Source: an uncultured Oscillospiraceae bacterium (GTDB taxonomy: Bacteria > Bacillota > Clostridia > Oscillospirales > CAG-382). From it: a stretch of 32,810 bases of DNA. The notes beneath the pieces were generated by a model. That model searched no databases. It saw only the letters and a program-made list of their open reading frames with translations, and was not told the origin of the DNA. Positions within the stretch are counted from its first letter, which is position 1. Each line of letters begins with the position of its first letter. The DNA lies in contig CAZFZL010000001.1 in the NCBI GenBank assembly GCA_964523005.1, positions 1 to 32,810 on the forward strand, written 5' to 3'. Below, piece by piece: positions 25,809-32,810 of the stretch. Both the position numbers and the translations under genes were made by a program.

Positions 25809-26208
25809 ATTTCTTGCCAAAGCCGCGCTTGAGGCGGTGAAGAACGCCTATGCACCTTATTCGCACTATACTGTCGGTGCCGCGCTGTTAACGGCGCAGG
25901 GCAGGATATACACGGGCTGCAACATCGAAAACGCTGCTTACGGTCCGTCTGTGTGCGCTGAGCGCACGGCGCTTTTCAAGGCGGTAAGCGAAGGCGAGCG
26001 TGAGTTCGAAGCGATAGCCGTGGCAGGCGGAAAAGACGGCGAATGCGTTGAATATTTCATGCCGTGCGGCGTGTGCAGACAGGTGCTGGCGGAGTTTTGC
26101 AAAAGCGACTTCGTTATATGCGCTGTATGCAGCGGTGCGCCGACGAAGTTCTATACTCTCGCACAGCTTTTGCCTTATATGTTCTCGAAAAAGAGCATCG
26201 GACAATAA
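25795..26208 (+). CDS. cdd: Cytidine deaminase
   Basis: 137 aa. CAERTALFKAV and PCGVCRQVLAEF zinc-binding motifs. Overlaps deoC by 14 nt. Confidence 0.9.
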   Translation: MKNYEFLAKAALEAVKNAYAPYSHYTVGAALLTAQGRIYTGCNIENAAYGPSVCAERTALFKAVSEGEREFEAIAVAGGKDGECVEYFMPCGVCRQVLAEFCKSDFVICAVCSGAPTKFYTLAQLLPYMFSKKSIGQ

Positions 26209-26223
26209 CGGAAGGAAACGGAT

Positions 26224-26991
26224 ATGGAAAGCGAAAAAGCGTTTCATCTCAAAATAAGCCGCGGTGACGTCGGCAGATACAGCATTCTCCCCGGCGACCC
26301 TGGCAGATGCAAAAAAATAGCGCGTTATTTTGACAGCGCGATGTTTCTTTCATCAAACCGCGAATACACTGTCTGGACAGGTACGCTTGACGGCGAGAAG
26401 GTGAGCGTATGCTCTACCGGGATAGGCGGCCCCTCGAGCGCGATAGCAATAGAAGAGCTTGCCGGCTGCGGTGTCGATACGTTTATCCGCGTCGGGACGT
26501 GCGGAGGGCTGAACGAGAAGGTTATGAGCGGTGACTGTGTAGTCGCGACCGCCGCTATAAGACAGGACGGAACGAGCAGAGAATACGCGCCGTACGAATT
26601 TCCGGCGGCAGCGGACTTCTCTGTTGTGAGCGCACTTGTAAGCTCTCTTGAAGAGCTTGGGTTCAGCTACCACACGGGCATAGTGCAAAGCAAGGATTCC
26701 TTCTACGGACAGCATTCGCCGGAGCGGATGCCGACGTCGCAGGAGCTTTTATACAAATGGGAATGCTGGAAACGGCTCGGAGTGCTTGCGAGCGAAATGG
26801 AGTCGGCGGCGCAGTTCGTTGTCGGTTCGTCGCTCGGTGTGCGTTGCGGTGCAGTGTTCCACACGGTCTGGAACCAGGAACGCGCAAAGCTCGGACTGCC
26901 GAATCCGCAGGACGAGGATACCGACAAGGCAATAAGGGCGGCGATCGGGGCGCTCCGGATATTGATTGCAAAGGATAAGGCAGGAAAGTGA
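26224..26991 (+). CDS. udp: Uridine phosphorylase (PNP/UDP-1 family)
   Basis: 255 aa. Collinear with E. coli Udp as I recall it: [54 protein letters not shown]. Confidence 0.85.
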   Translation: MESEKAFHLKISRGDVGRYSILPGDPGRCKKIARYFDSAMFLSSNREYTVWTGTLDGEKVSVCSTGIGGPSSAIAIEELAGCGVDTFIRVGTCGGLNEKVMSGDCVVATAAIRQDGTSREYAPYEFPAAADFSVVSALVSSLEELGFSYHTGIVQSKDSFYGQHSPERMPTSQELLYKWECWKRLGVLASEMESAAQFVVGSSLGVRCGAVFHTVWNQERAKLGLPNPQDEDTDKAIRAAIGALRILIAKDKAGK

Positions 26992-28955
26992 CTCATCTGC
27001 ACCGTTTTCTTTTGCTTTTTTGCGCGGCTGCGATGCTGCTGATGCTCATTGCGTCGTGCAGCCCTCAAAACGGCGTATCAACCGCTCCGGCGGCTTCGTC
27101 TGAAGCCGATCCCGGGCAGGCGTCTCTGTCGGAAGAGAGCACAGCACAGACGGAATTCATTGCGGCCGGGCTTGAAGAGCTTGAAGCGCTGCTCACGACG
27201 CTGCCGCAGAACGGGAGCGCCGTAGTCACCGTGACGGGCGACGTGACGGTCAACGCCGATCTTACGGTCGGTTTTCCTCTTACGCTCATTTTCGGGGGCA
27301 CGGTGGAATACGGCGGCTCAACGGTGTATGTGAAGACCGACAGCGAAGCGCCGATAACCGTAATAACACAGTCGGGCGCGCAGGAAGGCGCGATATGCAT
27401 CGAAGCGCCGTTCGCATCGCTTGTCTGGGAGGGCGAACAAATTCCCGACGAGCTGTATACTGCGATGTACATGAACGTGAAGGAATACAACGGTACGCCG
27501 ATGAGCAAATACGGCTACGGCGGCACGGGCAGCGCACGGCTGGAGTTGTTAGACGCGTGCGGACTTGAATGGACGGTAGACGGGAGCACGGTAAGCGCCG
27601 TATACCCGTATAGCTTCAATGAGAAAGAATTACTTTCTGCCGTGCCGGAAACGACGTCCTCGGGCGAGACTGCGTTTTCCGGGGAAAAAGAAGACGGAAC
27701 TGTCGACCTTTCGGACGGATGTACGCTGTGCGTGACCGACGGAGACGGCGCGTCGTTTACTTACGTCATAATGGCAGTAAGGAAAATATACAGTATACCG
27801 CAGGTAAATATATATACTGACGACGGCTGCAAAATAACAGAGCGCTACGAATACGTCGGCGCGACGGTGAGTATAACGGGCGTCGGCGAATACGAGTCGC
27901 TTGCAGCTGCTGCGGCGCAGATAAGAGGGCGCGGCCATTCGACGTGGAAATTTGAAAAAAAGCCGTACAGGATAAAATTCGACGAAAAGACAAAGGTGCT
28001 CGGAATGAAAAAGTCGCGCGACTGGGTGCTGCTTGCCAACTATTCCGATAAATCGCTTATACGCAACACCGTAGCTCTTGAACTTGCGGCGCAGTTCTCG
28101 TTCGATTTCACACCGCAGCAGATACCGGTCGACCTGTTTGTCAACGGCGAATACGCAGGCGTGTACAGCATCGGACAGCGCATAGAGGTCACAGACGGCA
28201 GGGTGGAGCTTGCCGAAGGCACGACACCCGAAACGACGGGCTATATGTTTGAGATAGGCGGCGCGGACACGTCAAGCGAAGTACAGGGCATCGATTATTT
28301 CACTGCAGGATATATAAAATTCGCGCGTATAATCTATCCCGAGGACGAAGACCGTACGGCGCAAATGAACAAATGGCTCATATCGTACATGAAGAAGGCG
28401 GACGAAGCCGTCACCGCGCTCGATGGATATGAGGAGTATATCGACGTCGATTCGTTCGTTGACTGGTTCATATTCACCGAGCTGACGTATAACCTTGACG
28501 CGTGCTTCAGGCGCAGCTGCTTTATGACGCTCGACGCGGGCGGAAAGCTGAAAATGGGACCGGTGTGGGACTTCGATCTTGCGCTCGGAAACTTTTCAAA
28601 GGACAACTTTTCGTACAACGACTGGGCAAGCGTCGGCGCTGAGGATGAATATGTCAAAGTGACGTGGATGAATTTTCTCACGAAGGACGAAAGCTTCATG
28701 ACGCGTGTAAGCGAGCGGTGGAACGCGCTGAAGGATACGCTGTACGACTGCGCGATGGAATCGATAGAAAGAAACAGCGCGCTCGTCGGCGCGTCGCAGG
28801 AAGAGAATTTCACCGTTTGGGACATTTGGAACGAGCGCGCAGGCTATCAGCCGGCGTTCATGTATAAGACTTATAACTCCTACGAAAAACAAATAGAATA
28901 CCTCAGAGCGTTCATAAGAAAACGCATTGCGTGGATGGACAGAAAGCTCAACTGA
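26988..28955 (+). CDS. CotH-family (atypical kinase fold) lipoprotein
   Basis: 655 aa. The GTG start overlaps the udp stop (GTGA). Signal peptide plus lipobox (LMLIASC). N-terminal roughly 270 aa are uncharacterised. CotH-like region: [51 protein letters not shown]. Confidence 0.7.
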   Translation: MTHLHRFLLLFCAAAMLLMLIASCSPQNGVSTAPAASSEADPGQASLSEESTAQTEFIAAGLEELEALLTTLPQNGSAVVTVTGDVTVNADLTVGFPLTLIFGGTVEYGGSTVYVKTDSEAPITVITQSGAQEGAICIEAPFASLVWEGEQIPDELYTAMYMNVKEYNGTPMSKYGYGGTGSARLELLDACGLEWTVDGSTVSAVYPYSFNEKELLSAVPETTSSGETAFSGEKEDGTVDLSDGCTLCVTDGDGASFTYVIMAVRKIYSIPQVNIYTDDGCKITERYEYVGATVSITGVGEYESLAAAAAQIRGRGHSTWKFEKKPYRIKFDEKTKVLGMKKSRDWVLLANYSDKSLIRNTVALELAAQFSFDFTPQQIPVDLFVNGEYAGVYSIGQRIEVTDGRVELAEGTTPETTGYMFEIGGADTSSEVQGIDYFTAGYIKFARIIYPEDEDRTAQMNKWLISYMKKADEAVTALDGYEEYIDVDSFVDWFIFTELTYNLDACFRRSCFMTLDAGGKLKMGPVWDFDLALGNFSKDNFSYNDWASVGAEDEYVKVTWMNFLTKDESFMTRVSERWNALKDTLYDCAMESIERNSALVGASQEENFTVWDIWNERAGYQPAFMYKTYNSYEKQIEYLRAFIRKRIAWMDRKLN

Positions 28956-28966
28956 AAGGGAAAAAG

Positions 28967-29608
28967 ATGGAACTGTACATAATCAGGCACGGAGACCCCT
29001 ATTATCCGACCGATTCGCTCACCGAAAAGGGCGTTTGGGAGGCAAAGCTTCTTGCGAAGCGAATGAAAGAGTTGCGCCCTGATAAAATATATACTTCGCC
29101 GCTCGGCAGAGCGAAGCAGACCGCGTCGTATACCTGCGAGGCGCTTGGAATCGAACCGACCGTGGAGGATTGGACGGCGGAAAGCATGGACTATATGCGT
29201 TATCTCGACAGGAACGACGAAGAGTGTCTGAAAAAAAGCTATAGTTTTTCGTTTACGGACGGCGTGACGAACTATGAAGATTTCGCGCACGAGGAGCGCA
29301 GGACGTTTCTTGACACGATGCGGAAAAATTCCGATGATTTTCTGGCACGCCACGGCTATGGGCGCAGCGGCGCGCTTTACAGTATACTTGAGCCGAACGA
29401 TGAACGCATCGCCGTGTTCTGCCACGGCGGCTTCGGCGGCGCGTGGTGCTCACACCTGCTTTCGCTCCCGGCTGAGATGGGCTGGGTGGTGCTGACGCTC
29501 GCGACGACATCCGTATCGAAGTTTTCGTTTGAAAACCACGACAGCGGCAGGACAGTTCCGCGCTGCATATACCTCAACGACTGCAGCCATCTGCCTGATG
29601 TGCGATGA
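28967..29608 (+). CDS. Histidine phosphatase superfamily protein (PGM-like branch)
   Basis: 213 aa from ATG 28967. LYIIRHGD catalytic RHG motif, TSPLGRAKQTA, FCHGGF. No signal peptide. Confidence 0.8.
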   Translation: MELYIIRHGDPYYPTDSLTEKGVWEAKLLAKRMKELRPDKIYTSPLGRAKQTASYTCEALGIEPTVEDWTAESMDYMRYLDRNDEECLKKSYSFSFTDGVTNYEDFAHEERRTFLDTMRKNSDDFLARHGYGRSGALYSILEPNDERIAVFCHGGFGGAWCSHLLSLPAEMGWVVLTLATTSVSKFSFENHDSGRTVPRCIYLNDCSHLPDVR

Positions 29609-30012
29609 AAAGCTCAAAGAAACGCCTGATCTTTGCCGGCGTGTTCGCGCTGCTGCTCGCCGCAGAGGTGCTTATCGCGTTGTATGTGCACGACTCGTTC
29701 GTGCGTCCCTACGGAGGAGACATTATAGCCGTCATCGCGCTGTGGTGCTTCATGCGTATATTCATGCCGGAGAAGATCAGCTTTTTGTGGCTGTTGTGCT
29801 TCGTTGCGGCTGTAGCGCTGGAAATATCGCAGTACTTCGGTCTTGCGGATTGCCTTACCGAGGCTTTCGGGCTTGAGAAGGGCGGAGTGCTGTATACGCT
29901 GCTCGGAAGCTCGTTCTCGTGGTATGATATGCTTTGCTATGCTGCCGGTACGGTGGTAACGGCACTGCACGATATAAAATCTTCTCATAGAGAAAAGGAA
30001 GTTCATAAATGA
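29605..30012 (+). CDS. DUF2809-like small integral membrane protein
   Basis: 135 aa, about 4 TM segments. DSFVRPYGGD and LGSSFSWYDMLCYAAG resemble DUF2809 signatures. ATGA overlaps at both ends. Confidence 0.55.
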   Translation: MKSSKKRLIFAGVFALLLAAEVLIALYVHDSFVRPYGGDIIAVIALWCFMRIFMPEKISFLWLLCFVAAVALEISQYFGLADCLTEAFGLEKGGVLYTLLGSSFSWYDMLCYAAGTVVTALHDIKSSHREKEVHK

Positions 30013-31877
30013 AAAAACTGATCGCTTTGGCTCTGAGTGCGCTACTGCTCTTCTGCTGCTGCTCATGTGACCTGCTCAAAGAGCTTGCTTCCGATTTGTC
30101 ACAAAGCAGTAATGCACCGCAGTCAGTCGCTTCATCCGCCGTTTCATCCCCCGATGAATCTGCCCCGGATGAATCTGCCCCGGATGAATCCGCCCCGGAT
30201 GAATCCGCAGATGAAAGTGAAGCTGTATCACAGACAGACAGCAAAACGGAAATATCCGTTGATGAAAGCGCCACGCAGGCAAGCGTTCCCGACATGTCTG
30301 CGGATGAGAGCGAAGCTGTCAGCAAACCCGAAGAGAGCGTTGCGGCAGTCATGTCAGGCGTGATAGCAAAATACATCGGTGACACGCTTTTTGTAGGCAG
30401 TACGATCGACAAGAGCGATATAAAAATAACGGCGCTGTATTCCGACGGCTCGACGAAAGATATTACTTCGTTCACGATCAGTCCGTCAACAGTGAAGGCG
30501 GCAGGGAATAACACGGTCACCGTAACGTATTCCGGTAAGACGACGACCGTCACCGTGCCGGGCAAGGCGGTGACGCTGGCGGGGATAAGCGCAAAATACA
30601 ACGGCAGTACGCTCTATGTCGGCGACAGCATCGCCAAGAACGATATAACGGTTACAGCATCGTACTCTGACGGAACGACTCAAAAGGTCACGTCGTTCAC
30701 AATCAGCCCGTCAACAGTGACGGCGGCAGGGAATAACACGGTTACCGTAACATATTCCGGTAAGACGACGACCGTCACCGTGCCGGGCAAGGCGGTGACG
30801 CTGGCGGGGATAAGCGCAAAATACAACGGCAGTACGCTCTATGTCGGCGACAGCATCGCCAAGAACGATATAACGGTTACAGCATCGTACTCTGACGGAA
30901 CGACTCAAAAGGTCACGTCGTTCACAATCAGCCCGTCAACAGTGACGGCGGCAGGGAATAACACGGTTACCGTAACATATTCCGGTAAGACGACGACCGT
31001 CACCGTGCCGGGCAAGGCGGGTGTGCAGGCGGACGTTGAGGATACGGCGGTCATTTCGATCGGCAGCTCGCAGATATGGATGACAATGACGGTGGACGAG
31101 CTGACTTCGAGCTACGGGCAGCCGGACGAAAAGCTTGCGTCGTTCAAGAGCTATACGTGGTATGTATACGGAACTGACGACTATGCTGACTTTTTTGCGG
31201 TAGGTATTGAGAACAAAACGGTCGTCGCGATTTACGCGAACAGCCCGGCGTTCAGCTATGAAGGCGTCGGATTCGGCGATGTGTGTCCGATCTCGACGGA
31301 CGACAGCACGAGCAACAAGGGCGTCAGAAGCAAAGCGTATACAACGCTCGACAAATACACGGTGACATACTATGTCGACCATAACAATACCGACTCCGAC
31401 GGGAATGCACTCGTGCATGCGGTGTGCATCGAAAAAACATCGTATATCAAAAATATTCTCTATTATTCATATACACAGTCGGAGCTTGACGACGGCTGCA
31501 GGCTGAATTTCCACCTGCTCAACGCGTTCCGCCTTTGCTACGGGCTGAACATACTTGAATGGTGCGATACGGCGGCAGATGTCGCACAGGCGCACAGCCT
31601 TGATATGGCGACGAACGACTACGTTTCGCATACGTCGCTCGACGGACGCACGATGTCGGAGCGTATTACGAACGGAGGAATATTATGGCGGCGCTGCGGA
31701 GAAAATATAGCGGCAGGCTCGGACACGGCGCTGTTTACGCACAACGGCTGGGTTAACTCATCCGGACACCGTGACAACCTCATCGGCGAATTCGAGCGTG
31801 TCGGCATAGGCGCGTCGTACAACGAGGATTCGACTTATCGAGTCTATTGGACGCAAAATTTCTACACGCCGCGGTAA
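30009..31877 (+). CDS. Surface lipoprotein: acidic repeat linker + 3x Big_3 Ig-like repeats + CAP-associated N domain + CAP/SCP (YkwD-like) domain
   Basis: 622 aa. Lipobox LLFCCCSC, (PDESA)n linker, three repeats of 74-75 aa (AKYxG..L.VG..I.K.DI.VTA.YSDG.T..VTSFTISPSTV.AAGNNTVTVTYSGKTTTVTVPGKA). C-terminal CAP motifs: HS.DM..N.Y.SH, GENIA, GW.NS.GHR.N, WTQNF. Confidence 0.8.
   Translation: MKKLIALALSALLLFCCCSCDLLKELASDLSQSSNAPQSVASSAVSSPDESAPDESAPDESAPDESADESEAVSQTDSKTEISVDESATQASVPDMSADESEAVSKPEESVAAVMSGVIAKYIGDTLFVGSTIDKSDIKITALYSDGSTKDITSFTISPSTVKAAGNNTVTVTYSGKTTTVTVPGKAVTLAGISAKYNGSTLYVGDSIAKNDITVTASYSDGTTQKVTSFTISPSTVTAAGNNTVTVTYSGKTTTVTVPGKAVTLAGISAKYNGSTLYVGDSIAKNDITVTASYSDGTTQKVTSFTISPSTVTAAGNNTVTVTYSGKTTTVTVPGKAGVQADVEDTAVISIGSSQIWMTMTVDELTSSYGQPDEKLASFKSYTWYVYGTDDYADFFAVGIENKTVVAIYANSPAFSYEGVGFGDVCPISTDDSTSNKGVRSKAYTTLDKYTVTYYVDHNNTDSDGNALVHAVCIEKTSYIKNILYYSYTQSELDDGCRLNFHLLNAFRLCYGLNILEWCDTAADVAQAHSLDMATNDYVSHTSLDGRTMSERITNGGILWRRCGENIAAGSDTALFTHNGWVNSSGHRDNLIGEFERVGIGASYNEDSTYRVYWTQNFYTPR
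30150..30209 (+). repeat. 15-nt in-frame tandem repeat x4 (PDESA pentapeptide)
   Basis: cccgatgaatctgcc / ccggatgaatctgcc / ccggatgaatccgcc / ccggatgaatccgca. Confidence 0.9.
30363..31019 (+). repeat. About 225-bp in-frame tandem repeat x3 (Big_3 modules); copies 2 and 3 essentially identical at DNA level
   Basis: Unit starts are 30363 (222 bp, diverged), 30585 and 30810. I see no mismatch between 30585-30794 and 30810-31019. The antisense ORFs 30486-30683 and 30711-30908 are near-identical, consistent with this. Confidence 0.9.
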
Positions 31878-31913
31878 ATACTCCTTCACAACGCAAAGAA
31901 AGGCATGATCTGA

Positions 31914-32588
31914 ATGTACTATTATTATCTTCTCTATATGCTTCCGGCTCTGATATTGACGATGGCAGCACAGTTTTTCGTCAAATCAACCTACAAAAAA
32001 TATTCGTCCGTCGCTTCATCGCGCGGACTGACCGGCGCGGAATGCGCGCGCCGCGTGCTTGAAGCGAGCGGCTGCAGCGGCGTGCAGATCGATATGATAC
32101 AGGGAAACCTGTCGGACAATTACGATCCGCGCTCAAACACGATCCATCTTTCGCAGCAGGTCTATTCATCTCAGTCGGTCGCGGCACTCGGTGTAGCGGC
32201 GCACGAGGCGGGTCACGCGGTTCAGTACGCGAAGGGCTATGCGCCCGTGAAGCTACGCACGGTGATATATCCTGCGTGCTCGTTCGGCTCGCGCTGTGCG
32301 ATGTATTTGCTGCTTATCGGCGCGTTCGCGGCGATCCCCGTGCTTTATTACGCCGGGATAGGCGCGTTTATGCTCGCCGCACTGTTCCAGCTCGTTACGC
32401 TTCCCGTTGAGTTCAACGCATCGCGCAGAGCAATAAGCGCACTCGACAAAGAAAGCATCCTGACGGGCGAGGAGCTGTCAGGCGCGAAAAAAGTGCTTAC
32501 GGCAGCGGCGATGACGTATATTGCCGCATTGTTCGTTTCGTTTTTGCAGATCGTTTATCTTCTATCCCGCACGGGAAACAGACGATAA
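31914..32588 (+). CDS. YugP-like membrane zinc metallopeptidase (Zn_peptidase_2 family)
   Basis: 224 aa. N-terminal TM segment, LSDNYDPR, HEAGHAVQ zinc motif, two C-terminal TM segments. Confidence 0.8.
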   Translation: MYYYYLLYMLPALILTMAAQFFVKSTYKKYSSVASSRGLTGAECARRVLEASGCSGVQIDMIQGNLSDNYDPRSNTIHLSQQVYSSQSVAALGVAAHEAGHAVQYAKGYAPVKLRTVIYPACSFGSRCAMYLLLIGAFAAIPVLYYAGIGAFMLAALFQLVTLPVEFNASRRAISALDKESILTGEELSGAKKVLTAAAMTYIAALFVSFLQIVYLLSRTGNRR

Positions 32589-32607
32589 CAAAACCGCGTG
32601 TACTGCC

Positions 32608-32636
32608 TTGACAAAAAACGCCCGATGTGATATAAT
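32608..32636 (+). promoter_or_regulatory. Near-consensus sigma-A promoter for tRNA-Leu
   Basis: TTGACA (32608-32613), 17-nt spacer, TGaTATAAT (-10 at 32631-32636). Confidence 0.75.
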
Positions 32637-32651
32637 CAGCGGTACATTGAC

Positions 32652-32735
32652 GCGGGTATGGCGGAATTGGCAGACGCGCCGGTCTTAGGAACCGGTTCTT
32701 TATGAGTGTGGGTTCAACTCCCACTATCCGCACCA
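32652..32735 (+). tRNA. tRNA-Leu (anticodon UAG), type II with long variable arm, CCA encoded
   Basis: Acceptor stem GCGGGTA/TATCCGC. Anticodon stem CCGGT/ACCGG with loop CTTAGGA. T arm GTGGGTTCAACTCCCAC. Terminal ACCA. Confidence 0.9.
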
Positions 32736-32740
32736 AAAAG

Positions 32741-32767
32741 CACCCGGCGATGAAACATCGCCGGGTG
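32741..32767. terminator. Hairpin terminator after tRNA-Leu, probably shared with a convergent gene beyond the right edge
   Basis: 12-bp stem cacccggcgatg / catcgccgggtg with loop aaa. An A-run on the left gives a U-run on the minus strand. Confidence 0.65.
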
Positions 32768-32810
32768 TGCGTTATTATGTCGGGAGCTTATTTTTTCTTT
32801 TTCATTACGA

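Noticed and set aside
30363-31019. Regularly spaced repeats that might suggest a CRISPR array or a mobile-element terminus.
   Set aside because: The units are 225 bp long, directly abutting with no spacers, in-frame and encode Ig-like protein modules within a long ORF. There are no cas genes in the window.
32652-32810. tRNA-Leu as a possible genomic-island integration site.
   Set aside because: There is no integrase, no direct repeat of the tRNA 3' end and no compositional break within the window. The sequence to the right is too short to judge.
32788-32810. Possible 3' end of a minus-strand CDS (...VMKKKK-stop, TAA at 32790-32788).
   Set aside because: Only 7 codons are visible, so a coding end cannot be distinguished from chance. 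The shared terminator hairpin is the only supporting evidence.

Overview
This window looks like chromosomal, mostly housekeeping DNA from a fairly GC-rich Firmicute. Gene content and protein signatures suggest Clostridia, Oscillospiraceae/Ruminococcaceae-like, but that is inference only. I support about 37 CDS, one tRNA-Leu(UAG), several sigma-A-like promoters and several intrinsic terminators. I see no CRISPR array, transposase, integrase or phage genes.

Gene content, left to right:
- an HTH-cupin::acyl-CoA synthetase fusion
- rpmE, hflX and galM
- a GH26-like lipoprotein
- serS
- a Gfo/Idh/MocA oxidoreductase with nagA
- a minus-strand ylxM-ffh-rpsP-KH-yceD-rpmF block
- a translationally coupled ribokinase, FkbM methyltransferase and SLOG/DUF1273 trio
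- a ten-gene, roughly 8.2-kb [FeFe]-hydrogenase operon
- deoC-cdd-udp, running straight into a CotH-family lipoprotein, a histidine phosphatase, a DUF2809 membrane protein and a Big_3-repeat/CAP lipoprotein
- a YugP-like zinc peptidase and tRNA-Leu

The most interesting region is the hydrogenase operon. Six signalling-type genes lie between the NuoE-like hydC and the other structural genes (2Fe-2S ferredoxin, NuoF-like hydB, hydA). They are DRTGG, an RsbW-like ATPase, a HydS-type non-canonical hydrogenase, a second DRTGG, a PHP phosphoesterase and a second GHKL ATPase. None has a recognisable DNA-binding, receiver, sigma or STAS partner. This is a candidate H2-sensing phospho-signalling module whose mechanism is, as far as I know, undefined.

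Separately, the catalytic HydA carries TSCSPGW where the near-invariant H-cluster motif is TSCCPGW.

All calls rest on reading the translated ORFs and the DNA by eye. No database search was run.
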